Shown one piece after another: positions 11,375 through 24,372 of a stretch of DNA of 64,000 nt. The stretch's first letter is position 1, and each line of letters begins with the position of its first letter. The notes beneath the pieces were generated by a model that saw only the letters and a program-made list of their open reading frames with translations, did not search any database and was not told where the DNA came from. The position numbers and the translations under genes are program-made. The stretch is from positions 213,590,001 through 213,654,000 of the forward strand of contig OZ360223.1 of NCBI GenBank assembly GCA_977017645.1. Reading direction: 5' to 3'. The stretch comes from Torpedo marmorata (taxonomy: Eukaryota).

Positions 11375-13059
11375 CAGGGACGGACAACCTTCTACCATGC
11401 GTGGGCCGGATGGTGTGTCAGTGGTTGAATGGCGGGCCGCGCTGATGCTACCATAAATGAAATAAATACTGAAACACAGACATTATGTCATTTAAGTTTT
11501 AGATTGTCTCTGCTTGAAGTACGTAATGTACAATGTATGAACATAACTGACGATAATTTATCAAAAAAAATCCATAGAAAAAGTTCAAGCAACGAGATCA
11601 ACTGTATTCCTTCCAAAAAACTACGATGATGCATTTCAGGTCAGGGAAGGCATCTTCAAATCTGGAAATGCACCAAAAATCACGAGTTAGTCATTAAAAT
11701 GACACAATTAAAAAAACCATAAAAGTCAAAAAGGAGAAAAATTAGTCACAATGAAAACAAAATAACTAACCCCAAAACAGACAGCAGCTCAATCAGTGGG
11801 AAACTTGATTTTGTTTGTTGTTTGAAAGCATTTCAATATTGGGTGACATTGTTGTTGATGCCAATAGCAAGACATCATCTCAAGGAGTTGTGCTATCAAT
11901 CTTACCACCGGTAGAACAAACTACTTAGCAGGAGTGATAAAATCATCCATTGCTGGATATAAATATTTCAGACAGGCGTTTGGAGTGCTGCAAACTGTCA
12001 TTTAAACTTGGTTGCTTTTAAATAGATCTTCAAATAGTTCAGGAGTTTTAAAAATAATCAGTAACAATTATTTTTGTTGCAAAACTGCGGACATAAATAA
12101 ATTTGTCGAATACAGCATCTTGAATCTTTCTCAGCAGAAGCTATTGTGTATTCCTCTCAACTTCTGCCTTTGATCCAGATCTCCAGCTTTTACTTAATTT
12201 CTCTGCACTCTTAAGCTGTGTTTTGAGCTACGAGTATGTGAGGTAAATCCCATTTCCGAGTGAACGAAATTTGCTTTGTGCTAAATGAGTTTTGCTTGAA
12301 GCCGGAGTCGGATGAAGGAACATCGCAGCGTCCCACACATAGACATCTGGCTTTGCTCCTTTTTGAGCGGCTCGGGAGAGCAGGGAGAGGGGGGAGCAGG
12401 GAGAGGAGGGAGCAGGGAGAGGGGGAGCGGAGAGAGGGGGCGGCTCGGGAGCAGAGAGAGGGGTGTGGCTTGGGGAGAGGGGGGCGGCTCAGGGGAGCGG
12501 GGAGAGGGGGTGGCTCAGGGGAGCGGGAAGAGAGAGCGGCTCAGGAGAGCGGGGAGAGGGGGTAGGTGGCGGCGGCAGCTCAGGGGAGGGGAAGGTGCGC
12601 CTCGGGGTCGCTCCGAATGGTTCGTCCCGTTGGTCTGGGACCAAGAGCGGGACAGCTGGCCACTGATGCACAGCTTGTCTCAGGCCCATCTTGAGGGCGA
12701 AGCGTGTTCCTGGGAGCGCCAGGGTTATTTTTCCAGGGGCAGAAAGTGATGCGGTTGATGATCGATTCCTGGATATAACGATGTGGAGAGACTTCAGTGA
12801 ACATTCCGCGTGAACGCAGTCATTTCGCTGCCCGGTTCGCAACCCCGAAGGAACAGGCGGCATTTATATAGCCACAAAGTATTTCCTTTGCTGAGGGATG
12901 TTTAATCAGCGCGCACAGTCCCCGGGGCCACCGATGACAAAGGCTGACAGTTTAGTGCAGCGAATGGTGTATGTTGGAGCGGCTGAGGGTGATCAGGCGA
13001 ACGCATTGGGTTGCAGGCCAGATAAATTTGGATCGCTGGCCGTAGGTTGCCCACCCCTG
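11375..13059 (-). mobile_element. Non-autonomous hAT (Charlie/SPIN-like) DNA transposon
   Basis: Imperfect 16-bp TIRs CAGGGACGGACAACCT / CAGGGGTGGGCAACCT; perfect 8-bp TSD CTCTAGTA (11367-11374, 13060-13067); minus-strand remnant DDVLLLASTTMSPNIEMLSNNKQNQVSH* near 11793-11880 resembles a Charlie-type transposase C-terminus. Confidence 0.9.
12366..12592 (+). repeat. G/purine-rich degenerate minisatellite inside the hAT element
   Basis: Repeated units such as GCGGCTCAGGGGAGCGGGGAGAGGGGG. Confidence 0.85.
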
Positions 13060-14046
13060 CTCTAGTACCACCAATTTCATAGATTTGCAGCAATAAAAGT
13101 CAAGGTTTATGGACACTACTATGTGCTGCTCTGTTTTATTTTGATACATTGGAGACAATGACTATCTTGAACAAATGAGAGTCCTGCCATTTCTCCATAA
13201 TATTACAGTCTACCTGACCTTCAACATGCTTGGTGTCATGATTGACCAAATACTGAACTAGACCCCAAGTCAGTAAAATATTGTTGCCTTCAGAGAAGTT
13301 CTGTGTCTGGATATACTGCAGTAAGAAGATCAGCTCCTCCTTTCCACACCACCTCTGAAGGCACAAATCAGGGAGCTGATGGAATACTCATCTGCTTTGA
13401 TAACAGCAACTTCAAAAACTCTTGGAGCTCAACACCATCCAGGATTTAACAGCCTACATCTGATCAATGCAACATTTCACCAAGGCTCTTGAACAGCACT
13501 TCCCAAATTTGCAAGCTCTATCACCTGGGAAGACAAGTTCAGTATGAGCGTTGCCACACCATTACCTGAAAATTCTCCAACAAGTGACATGTGATCCTTA
13601 GCTGGGAACCTATCACCTCCTTGTTCATCACTGGGTCTAAATATTGGCAATTTGCTACCCAAGACCAAAGAGCTGAATTCAAAATGAGATGAGAAAGACA
13701 TCAAGACAACATTTAACTGAAGGTGGCATCAAGAGCAGCCTGGTTAAAACAGAAATCGAAGGGCATCAAAGGAAAGCACTCCGGTGGTTGGAGTCATACT
13801 TTGCACAAAGGATCATGGGTATGGTTATCATTGGTCATTCACCTCAGCCCCAGGACATCACTTCAGTCTGAGGCCCAACCATCATTAGCAGCTTCAGGCA
13901 TGGGCTAAAAAGTGGCAAGTAACATTTATACCTCAAAAGTGCCAGCAATGACCATTTCCAGTGAGATTGGACACCTACCCTTGGCATTCAAAGGCTATGC
14001 AATCGCTGAGTCCCCCCACTAACGATATCTTTGGAGTCATCAATAA

Positions 14047-14190
14047 CACTGGACAATGGAGATTTTGCTTCCTGAACACTTTTGGGTGTATTTTATGGAC
14101 TTTGGGCTGCTGTTCATGAAAATCATCTTAAAATGTTCCTATCATGAATACAACTTATTTTTGTGATTTCCTGTCATATTTTAAGTCAAC
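14047..14190 (+). mobile_element. Chapaev3-like 5' terminal fragment
   Basis: TAA|CACTGGACAA start; highly similar to 16615-16752 (ttttgggtgta...gggctgctg...tttgtgatttcctgtcatattttaagtc). Confidence 0.65.
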
Positions 14191-14544
14191 TTCAAGCATA
14201 CAAAACCATAAAGTGTAACATGTCATTGAAAATTGATAGAAACTTGAATAGAGGGATACATATCATGTGCAAGCAGCAGAAATTTAATTTGGCGTTATGT
14301 TTAGCACAGACATCATGGGTGGGATGGCCTGTTCCTGAACTGTTTTGTCCAATGTTCTAATCACCATGCAGCTCAATTAAGAGGGAGCCCTTTTATCATA
14401 CCCTGTCAGGTCAAGATTACATCCTTAGTGCACCTGAAAATTAGTTTAGTGGATAAATTTAAGTCTCTAATAATGTCATTGTTGTAAGCTATGCAAATGG
14501 AACCAGTTTCAGGAATCCCTGATTAATTAACTTCAAAAATAATA

Positions 14545-14762
14545 CAGTAAAACCCCCAGTATCCGGCACCTATGGGGATTAGTACTGTAGTTGCTGGATA
14601 AGTGAATTTTCTGGTTGCTTGAGATTGCGTGTTGCGTGATTGGCGAACTAATGGCGAGGCGTGCCAATTTTAAACTTCCATATTATTTACCTATTTATTT
14701 TCTGCGATTTTTTTATTTTTTTTGGCTGGTTGCTTGAATTCCGGATAACAGGGGTTTTACTG
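14545..14762. mobile_element. Tigger/pogo-like MITE
   Basis: TIRs CAGTAAAACCCC...ATCCGG / CCGGAT...GGGGTTTTACTG, flanked by TA on both sides. Confidence 0.85.
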
Positions 14763-14767
14763 TATAT

Positions 14768-16568
14768 AAAAAACACAAATGCTGGAGAAACTCAGCAGGT
14801 CAAACAGTGTCTTTTATGTAGCAAAGGTAGAAATACATAACCGACATTTCGGGCTTGAGCCCTTCATCAAAGTATGAGAAAATGCCGGCAGGTGACCGAA
14901 CAAAAGAGTGAGGGGGGAAGGGGGGGGGTGGCAAAGGCAGGAGATGATAGGTGGAGAAAAGAGGGAGGGGACAGCAGCAAAGAGGGGGAGGAGGGATGGC
15001 TGGGTGGGTGGAAAAAAACTGGAAGGACAGGTAAGGGGGGAGGGGAATGAAAAGGCAAGCAGGTTTAGTGGAAAGCAGAAAAGTCAATGTTAATGCCATC
15101 TAGCTGGAGAGTGCCCAGACGGAAAATGAGATGTTGTTCCTCCAATTTGCGGATAGTCTGGGTGGGATAGTACATAAGGCCATGGACAGACATGTGAGTG
15201 TGGGAGTGTGACTTGGAATTGAAGTGGCTGGCTACTGGGTGGTCGCTGTTGTTGCGGACAGAGATGAGGTGCTCAGCAAAGCGATCTCCCAATCTACGAC
15301 TGGTCTCTCCGATGTAGGGAAAGCCACAAAGGGAGCACCGGATGCAGTAAATAAGTTCTCTGGATGTACAAGTGAAGTGTAGTTTCACTTGAAAGGCCTG
15401 TTTGGGGCCCCGGACCGTGTGAGGGGGGTGGTGTGGGCGCAGGTGTTGCACCTCCTGCGGGCACAGGGGAAGGTGCCGGGGGTGCGATGGGTGGAGAGGG
15501 ATGAATGCATGAGGGAATCGTGGAGGGAGTGGTCCCTGTGGAAGGCCGAGAGGGGTGGAGAAGGAAAAATGTGTCTGGAGGTGGGATCCTGTAGTAAGTG
15601 CCAGAAATTCCAGCGGATAATGTGTTGGATGTGGAGGCTGGTGGGGTGGTAGGTGAGGATGAGGGGGATTCTATGCTTGTTGCGTCTGGGGGCAGAGGGG
15701 GCCAGGGCAGATGAGCGGGAAATGGAGGAGATGCAGGTGAGGGCTGAGTTGATGGTGGTGGAGGGGAAGCCACGTTTGTGGAAGAAGGCAGACATTTCAG
15801 AAGATCTGGACTGGAAGACCTCATCTTGGGAACAGATGCGGCGGAGACGGAGAAATTGAGAGAAGGGGATGGAATCTTTGCAGGGGACAGGGTGTGAAGA
15901 AGTGTAGTCCAGATAGTTGTGGGAGTTGGAGGGTTTGTAGTAATTGTAGTAGAAAGCTTGTCTCCCGAGATGGAGACAGAGAGATGCAGGAAGGGGAGAG
16001 TGTTATCGGAGATGGACCAGGTAAGTTTGAGATCGTGGTGGAAGTTGGACGCGAAGTGGATGAAGTTGACAAGCTCATTGCGGGTGCATGAGGCAGCCCC
16101 GATGTAGTCGTCGATATACCGGAGGAAGAGATGAGGGGTCTTGCCTGTGTAGGCTTGCAGCATGGATTGCTCCACAAAGCCCACAAATAGGCAGGCGAAG
16201 CTGGGACCCATGCGGGTACCCATGGCTATTCCTTTGATTTGGAGGAAGTGGGATGAGTTAAAGGAGAAGTTATTGAGAGTGAGGACAAGTTCTGCCAGGT
16301 GGAGGAGGGTGGTGGTAGAGGGTGACTGGTCAGGTCTGGTCCAGGAAGAAGCGAAGAGCTTTCAGACCTTCTGTGTGGGGGATGGAGGTATAAAGGGATT
16401 GGACATCCATGGTGAAGATGATGCGGTCCGGTTCAAGGAATCTGAAGTCATTGAGGAGATGGAGGGCATGTGAGGTATCGCGAATGTAGGTGGGGAGGGA
16501 TTGGACCAGGGGAGAAAAGATGGAGTCAAGGTAAGATGAAACTAGTTCGGTGGGGCAGGAGCAGGCAT
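14768..16568 (-). mobile_element. Penelope-like retroelement (RT + GIY-YIG), 5'-truncated and frameshifted
   Basis: RT motifs FTMDVQSLYTSIPH, GTRMGPSFACLF and RYIDDY; endonuclease LIYCIRCSLCGFPYIGETSRRLGDRFAEH; coding region split over several frames. Confidence 0.92.
14833..14876 (-). ncRNA. Hammerhead-ribozyme-like motif in PLE tail
   Basis: Minus strand CATAC-T-TTGATGA-A-GGGC-TCAA-GCCC-GAAA-TGTCGGTTA-T-GTAT: two core boxes, a perfect 4-bp stem II and a short stem I; non-canonical at C3. Confidence 0.55.
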
Positions 16569-16614
16569 TTAGGTTGGTAAGAGAAATTGCATAATTTTCT
16601 AATAGATTAGATTA

Positions 16615-17398
16615 CACTGGACACTTTTGGGTGTACTTTATGGAGTTTGGGCTGCTGAACATGAAAATTACCTTAACATTTTCCTATCACATACTGTTTT
16701 TTTTTTTACAGATATAACCTATTTTTGTGATTTCCTGTCATATTTTAAGTCTACTAGTATGTTGCCCACAAAGCAAGCTGTTTTGGTCAGTCCAAGCATG
16801 ACTGGGCATGCACTTAGTGCAGTTGCTATGAAAATGTGGTCTTAGGCTGGGCATGCTTAGTCAGTATAGATGCAGAAAGCTCACATTTACAGATGCTGTG
16901 CATTACATTGATATAGATTGAACGCATGTTGATGCACATGTTCTTCAGGCAATAGCATAGTGCGTGTACAGAACAATAGTATTTATTGTCGTCAGGAAGA
17001 TTCAATGCAGCAGAAATGTCTGTTCAATGTCGCAACAGCTGCAATACATTCTGTTACATTTGTGGCGAGTATACGTTTACGGCTCAAAGACGCAGCATGA
17101 CTGCACCTATTAAGAAAGCCTATGAGCTCTACTGCAGTTTTAAAATTGGTGAGCAAGACAAACCCTGCGCTCCTCACATTTGTTGTACAACATGTGCAGT
17201 CAACCTGAGAGCTTGGCTCAAAGGTACATTATGCGATTAAACATGCTAAATTCAATAAAAGTTAATTTAATGTTTCTCCAACTTCCTACGTGACACAGCA
17301 AATATGAAATTATCTTTGTGTTCAGCTTGAAGTTGTCTATCATAATCCCCAATTTTCTTTCAGGAAGCAAACCTTTTGAAAACAATTGTTGTCCAGTG
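16615..17398 (+). mobile_element. Internally deleted Chapaev3-like (CMC) DNA transposon
   Basis: Termini CACTGGACA / TGTCCAGTG; ORF 16986-17240 CRNSCNTFCYICGEY...KKAYELY...IGEQDKPCAPHICCTTCAVNLRAWLKG resembles the N-terminal Zn-binding region of Chapaev3-type transposases; the catalytic core is absent. Confidence 0.75.
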
Positions 17399-20300
17399 TA
17401 ACCAGAAACACACCTGGACATAGTACATCACTGCTCATGCAGTTAACTACTCCCCTCCTGTCACCACTAGGCATTTTCACCACCTCGAAGGCACACATCA
17501 GAAATGTGGCACATTCCATCTGCCTGGATAAGAGCAGTGCCAACAATTCTCTTAGGAATTGTTATCCCTCAAATTTAATTGGTTTATTTGGTTCAGGACT
17601 AAAATAATAAATTAACTGCATTAAGTACAAGACTGTAAGCATTATGAGTTTGGGAGGCGTACATAATGAATTACTGCAGTTGATCACAAGATAATCACCT
17701 TATTGCAGTAATCTAATAACATGCCCAGCTTGAGTGATTGAAAACTGTCTGACATATCTAGAGTTGTTATAATTCACACAGCTATGTATTTGAACTGATT
17801 CTTTTTTTGAGTCATTTTTTATGTAGGGAAGTGATGGGTGGATGGTCAAGGGTTATGGAAAGCAGTGATGCTACATGAGCCCAACATAAATGATTTGTGA
17901 GGGAATCCACACAGAAAAATTAGTGACTTTGATGTAATCAATGTGTCGATCACTGAAGTTATAGCATCAACGCATTCTTTAAGATTACATTACAGTAGTG
18001 TGAAGTTTTCTTTCAAAAAAACATTGGGGGATTTATATAAAAAAATCAATAATTAATCACCTGATGGTCAGAAGAAGATGATTTTGATTATTGCAATTTC
18101 ACTCTATACAAATCAGCAATTGTCCCGTTTTATTGTCGCAAGAATATCCTATCTGGTTTGGCATCATTAGTTATTGATAGTTTTAGTCTCACGAGTCTTT
18201 ATTCAAATTGATTTTATATTGGTCTTATCATTACAGTGCCTACTGAAAGAATGTTCCATACCTTGATGCCCTTTAGCATTCATGCAAGAAAATTCTTCAT
18301 TATAATATCATTATTGTATATCTATCCAAAAATAATATGCTTGGTTAATGGTGAATTCAGTGTGATAGATATATTAAACATTGTTTAGCTTAACAAAATA
18401 AACTGCTGCAGACTGCGTTTTAAACTGAGTTAATTTGTAGAAATCTCTGAACTGATACTTTCTGGATCACATTTCAAGTGTTCTTGGCAACCTAACCACC
18501 TAAGGTGATCTGGCATCCAAGTAATATCAAGATTCCAGCTTAAATTTATCTCATTGCTTATTGAAATTATGTTCTAACACCAAATTGTTTTACATACATT
18601 TCTCAGTGTTACTCAGTTAAAAATTAATCAGTAAATAGAATGCTTCAGATTCAATTTATAATTTGCCTGTAGACATTTGTTGGCCTTGGCAGAAAAAAAG
18701 CTTCTGAGTAGAATGATATCATCAATAAAATAATATAGAATCAGTATTTAAGGGAGAAAACTATCAAATGCTCCAATGGAATTGGCAAACAGTTTCTAGG
18801 GATGATGATTTCACTTTTTATTTTTTCTTTTGCTGACTTTTCAGGACGTTATTTCTTCAAATGATATTCTTCCTTTCAGGAACCAACTTCTGTGAAAATC
18901 ATATTTTTGGTGTAATATTTAAGCCTAAAATATATTAAAATAAAAAATACTGGAATAAGCCATTTGGGCTGAATAATCTATTTAGATCCTGTACATTCTA
19001 TATGTGAACATGCAAATAAATATTATAATAGTTAAGGCACTCTTTGTTCATGTTTAAACATTTATCTATATTGACATTAATTTTGCATTACATTTTCACT
19101 AAATATGGATCAAACAATCGCAGCCAACTAAGCTATGATCAAATCAGTGCAAGTGAAGCATCTTATTAACTCAGCCCATGTACAAATTCAAACATAAAGC
19201 TCAAGATACGCTAACAGATTTAGGTAACATTTCAAGTGTAACATTGAAACGTGCAATGACAATATACCTCATTGTATAGAGGTACAACACCCACACAGTT
19301 CAACACAAAACCCAATGTAAACACATGCATCAAAAAGTAAACCTGTAGTACAATGCTCAGAATATCTTGATACAGTTCAAATGTGTCATAATGTATTCCA
19401 ACAAAGTATCCACAGTTCACTAACTAACCAAAATATGATATCCTATCACAAAATATGTTCTGAAGTTATTGTTGAGCAACATCTTGAGAACACTAGTAAA
19501 TAAGGTCACAAAGCAGTGTCCTAACATTTGCGATGTAGGTACTCCAAGACAACATAACACCTATGATAATGTAATAGAAACACAAAATGCTGGAAATACT
19601 CAGTGCATGCATCAGAATTATTGGAGAGAGAAACTGAGTTAGCACTTCATGTCTTAACCTTCACCAGAACTAGACTAATACTTTCTCTCTCTGTAGACAC
19701 TTCACAAAGTGTCATCTGTCTTCAGTGTTTTCTGTTTAGAATCCAGATTTCCAGCAATTTCAACATTTTACATATCATGACACAATATCCAATTTTTCAA
19801 TAAAATTCTTTAATTGCTCATGCCAGTGTTCCTTTGATCTTTCTTGTTTCATCCTTCCTGTTCTATTCTTCCTAGACTTTGCTGATTTGAAAACCAGACT
19901 CAAGACAAAATCTTTCAGTTTAATTTTTTGTTCTAGTTCATTCTGGGACACAAAATAATGGAATTCTTATTTCCAATATAATTTCTCATTTCTATAATCA
20001 TGAAACTTTTCAGGCCCAAATGGCATCAAATTTATCTCCAACTTTTTAAATTTTGGAATGCATCTGTTAAACCTTGGTTTTCAAAGTGACATGGTGGGTG
20101 AGGAATGGCAAAGTTAGAAAGGAGATGCAATTAGAAAAAGCAGTTTCAGTTCAATATTTATTAATTGTGTGGGTGAGGGGCAGAAAATATCTCTCTTTAA
20201 TGAATTGAAGCAAAAGAGGTTTTGGAGTACTTTTTCTTCATCACAATATCATGGACTCTCAGAATTGAACTTCTGGAGTTGAATCAATAAAGCAGCTCCT

Positions 20301-21850
20301 ATACCTGTTTCCATTTTACAACAATCCCATTGTGCAGTTACATTAATCCCTTTATAGATATTCACTTCAGTTAAAGATGTAAATCCTTCAAGGATCATTT
20401 TTTTCATTAAGAATGGGAAGACTTTTACAATCTGTTATAAACCAACTCAGAATGTTGGACATGGTACATACATACAGATTCTTATATTTGGGCCCCAGTA
20501 AAATCTAGCAATGGATTGTTTATATTTTACTCAAGTATTCAGAATTGTTTTACCATGAGACTGGAAATTAGTGCTTAATTGCTAAGTTCTAAAACTAGAT
20601 CCTGTATTAGGATAAATGATATGATGGTTCAGTTAAATCAAATGGTTTGATATCCTGGAATCATGACAAGGGAGTGGTAAGATGGTGAGGACATTCACCT
20701 CAGGCACCTGTATCTAAATCCTTCCAAGAATGTTTCTGAATAGCTACATAGAAAATTGCTCAAATACTTCACTGGCAATCTGACAAAATGGCAGGTAGAA
20801 TGATCAGTCTGCTAAATTCAAAATGGTACATTGGGGAGTGATCTTTCAGAGTTGAGGTATATTGTTAGAGTAGATGTATCTTTTCTCTTCATCCATCAGT
20901 GTCGCATCTGACCTTGGTGTACTTGATAATGACACAGGGTAGTGTTTGAAAATTGAATTGTTTCATTTCCCAGCACTAATATCCCTCACCATGAGCAAAA
21001 GAGGAAAGTCAGGAAGTCACACCTGAATCAGTTGAGTATTTATTGGGAATTATATGTACTGTATATCACTGTACAAAGAGGTAATTGCCTTCATGCAGAA
21101 TTTGGCCTAAATCTTGAACAGGTTTTGGGCAATTAGTGGTATACTGCACTAATGACTACATAATTTCCATTGAATTACTTTAAAGAGAAAATTAGGATGG
21201 TACACTCATTGAGAACTTGAACACTTCACAGACTAGAACAGAGGTTCATTTTCTTTTACATGGATTTAAATGAAACCAATCAAGTGCTGGTTATTCCGTA
21301 TTGAAACATCAAACATTGAAATAAAATGCTTTATTGGAAGTTATTTTTGTATTTATATGTAGATCATCTATGTGTTCATGTTTGCTATTTTAAAGACCAT
21401 TTGTGCTATGGATTTAGCATCTACAGTATGCAATAGAATTTTATTTTTCCATCAATATAAATCTTAAATCTAGATTGAGGATCTGACCTTCCTCTAGAAT
21501 AGTGTGAAAATCCCCAGAGGGGCCAACTCATAACTTATGATTTGATACATTGTGGAGTATAAATCTACTGCAGTGTCAAACCTGGTTTACAATGTGCACA
21601 GTGGCCTCCTAGCCAAACAACTTTCCTTTAAATGTTTAGAAATCTGGCATCCAACTTCCCAAGATTGAAACATTGACCATTTTAGAGACAGCTCTGGTGT
21701 GGCTGTATTTAGGAAAATAGTTAAGTACCAGCCAGGCTAAAGCTGAGCCGTGCAAACAGAATTCTGCCTGCATTCAGCACTGGAGTTACTGGTCAGAAAC
21801 CTTAGAACCTGCCTGTCATGGTATTTATTGAGGTGGAGAGGGTGGAGTTG

Positions 21851-21882
21851 AGGGGGGAGGGGAGGGGAGGGGAGGGGAGGGG

Positions 21883-21924
<42 letters not shown>
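21851..21924 (+). repeat. (GGGGA)n plus (GA)n polypurine microsatellite
   Basis: Seen directly in the sequence. Confidence 0.95.
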
Positions 21925-21927
<3 letters not shown>

Positions 21928-23184
21928 TGATGAACTGTGGGTTAGTGTTTTTGCTTATTTTTGCTTTTTTAAAGATTTCACTTTATTTTCCTTGTAATAG
22001 TTTGTTAATCGATAGCAGATAAGTGAATTGCAGAAGTGACATAAAAATTTTGAAAGTATATAGTTGGAAATTTGGGTGGCTGTGACAAGTAAAAATTGGC
22101 CTTTGACAAGGTGTCGCACATGAGGCTACTTATAATTTTTGTAGAAGTTATAGCGGACATCCACAGAACCATACATATTTATTGACAATAACATAATCCT
22201 GATAACATAATTGCTGATTAAAAAATAAGATTACCGGTAATTCAAGTAGGGATGTGTCAAAAGCACAACTTCTAACTTTCACAAAATTAAATAAAATAAT
22301 CATCTTTGTTCAATATGGCAATGGAATGACTGGTGTAGGAAATTGAAAGGTTTGACTGGCAGCAGAAACAGGGTATGTTCTTCTGAAATCTGTGATCATC
22401 TGAATTCTGGATTTAATATATGCCATTGAGCTTGAAGTTTATGTGCACAGAACCAAGATGAACATGACCTGTTACATGTCTGGGATACCCTAAAATTGGA
22501 AAGTTGCTTCACTTTGAGATGCTGGCAACTTCACTTCAATGAATGCAAAAGTAACAAATGATCACCTGGCAAAATACATTCTAAATTTCCTTTATCAAAA
22601 TATTATTGTTTTGCAGCACCTCAAAGTGACATAAGAATGCAAAATGATAGGATCAGGAGTAGACTATTTGCTCCCTCAAGCATGCTCTGTCATTCAATAT
22701 GATCATGGTTGATTAATACAGTGTGCTTCTTTACTGAGTAGGTTTGCTTTGCATTGATGTGAACACTGCAGTGTAATGAAAATAATTAAACTATATTCTG
22801 GAAACCTGAGCAAAGTCACTTTGTGGAGATAATCCCCATCATTTTTATTATCACCCAATAATTTTTTGACTTTCACTTTAAAACAATTCAAAGGAGCTGA
22901 CTATAACTTTGACATTAAAACTTGAACTATTGTTCCATTGCTATAGGACACAGCTCTTCACGTAATCCTGTTTGCCCTGCAGCAGAATAGTACAGAGGCA
23001 GAATAAGTCAAAGTGGAGCTGTACTGTAACAGAGCCATTACCAACCACAACATTTCTCTGTCATTCAAGAGTTAGACAAGTTGATGGATCTATTTATACT
23101 GCCCCACTTTCCCCTGATCTTTGGCTGGATTTAATCTAACACTAGGATGAGGAGATTTCACTTTATTTCAACTCTGACTATAAA

Positions 23185-23647
23185 AAATCCTGCAAAAGGT
23201 AGTGGACTCAGCCCAGTACATCACAGGCAAAACTCTCCCCACCATCGAGAACATCTTCATGGAAGGTTGCCATCAGAGAGCAGCAGCAATTATCAAGGAT
23301 CCTCACCACCCAGGACATGACCTGTTCTCGCTGCTGCCATCAAGAAGGAGGTACAGGTGCCACAGGAATCGTATCTCCAGGTTCAGAAATTGTTGCTATT
23401 CCTCAACTATCAAACTCCTGAACAACTCATTTAAGGACTCATACTTTGTTCATTATTTATTACTGAATCTTTATACTTCTGTATTTGCACAGTCAGTTTG
23501 TTTACAGTTTTTTCTTACTTTGTGTACAGGTTACAGTTACTGGTAATTATAAATTCTGACTGGCCCACAGAAAAAGAATCTCAGGGTTGTATATGATGTC
23601 ATTTATGTACTCTGACAATAAATTTGAACTTTGAACTTTAAACTTTG
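23185..23647 (+). mobile_element. Rex-Babar LINE 3' fragment
   Basis: ORF 23202-23546 LPTIENIF...IIKDPHHPGHDLFSLLPSRRRYR; TGACAATAAA followed by a (GAACTTT)n tail; closely related to 6960-7555. Confidence 0.9.
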
Positions 23648-23764
23648 ATATCTGGAGTCAGGTTGGCCTGACTTTAGCCCATGTAAAGAGAAGATTCATG
23701 GAGGAAAGAATCTTATTGTTTCCCATCCCAGAGACAGGTCTGACCATGATTCAGCCATGTTAAG

Positions 23765-24372
23765 TGACTGTGAAAGGGAAATTTTATTAACAGAACGCAG
23801 AAGACTGCAGAAGGTAGCAAATCTAACCAAGTCACAATAGCACTGATGCAACATTGTGGGCTGAAGGGCCTGTTCTATGCTGTTATGTTCCATGTAAGCC
23901 CATCACAAGCACTAACATCCCATCCATTGAAGACGTGTGAGGTGCTGCTATAAGAAGACAGCCAACATCATAAAAGACCCCCATCACCCTTGTCACAAAT
24001 CTCTTCTCGCTGCTACCTTCAGACAGAAGTCCGGCATCTCTAGGTTCAAGATCAGTTTATTTCCAACTGCTATCAGGCTCTTGAACTTCCATGTACTACC
24101 CTAACACCAGCCATAAACTACTCCAGAATCACCAAAAGATCTGTCTGCGCTATTGAAACATCACTTTATTTTTGCACTTACTGCAACTAGAATATTTATT
24201 TATCTATCCTTTTACATTCATTATCTCTGTTTCATGTCATATTGTGGTTTTTTAATTTATCCTATTGTAGTTGCCATATCTTATATATTTGTGTGGCTGC
24301 AGCAAACCAGAATTTTGGTGCCTCTGTACATTGTAATTATGTATACAACAATAAACATCATCATATCATATT
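23765..24372 (+). mobile_element. Decayed Rex-Babar LINE 3' fragment containing a short CR1-tail piece
   Basis: ataaaagacccccatcaccct...ctcttctcgctgctaccttcag...tctaggttcaag; ACAATAAA plus CAT-repeat tail; gggctgaagggcctgttctatgctg inserted near 23855-23895. Confidence 0.7.

Noticed and set aside
12260-12863. Several overlapping Gly/Arg/Glu-rich ORFs
   Set aside because: Produced by the stop-free G-rich minisatellite inside the hAT element.
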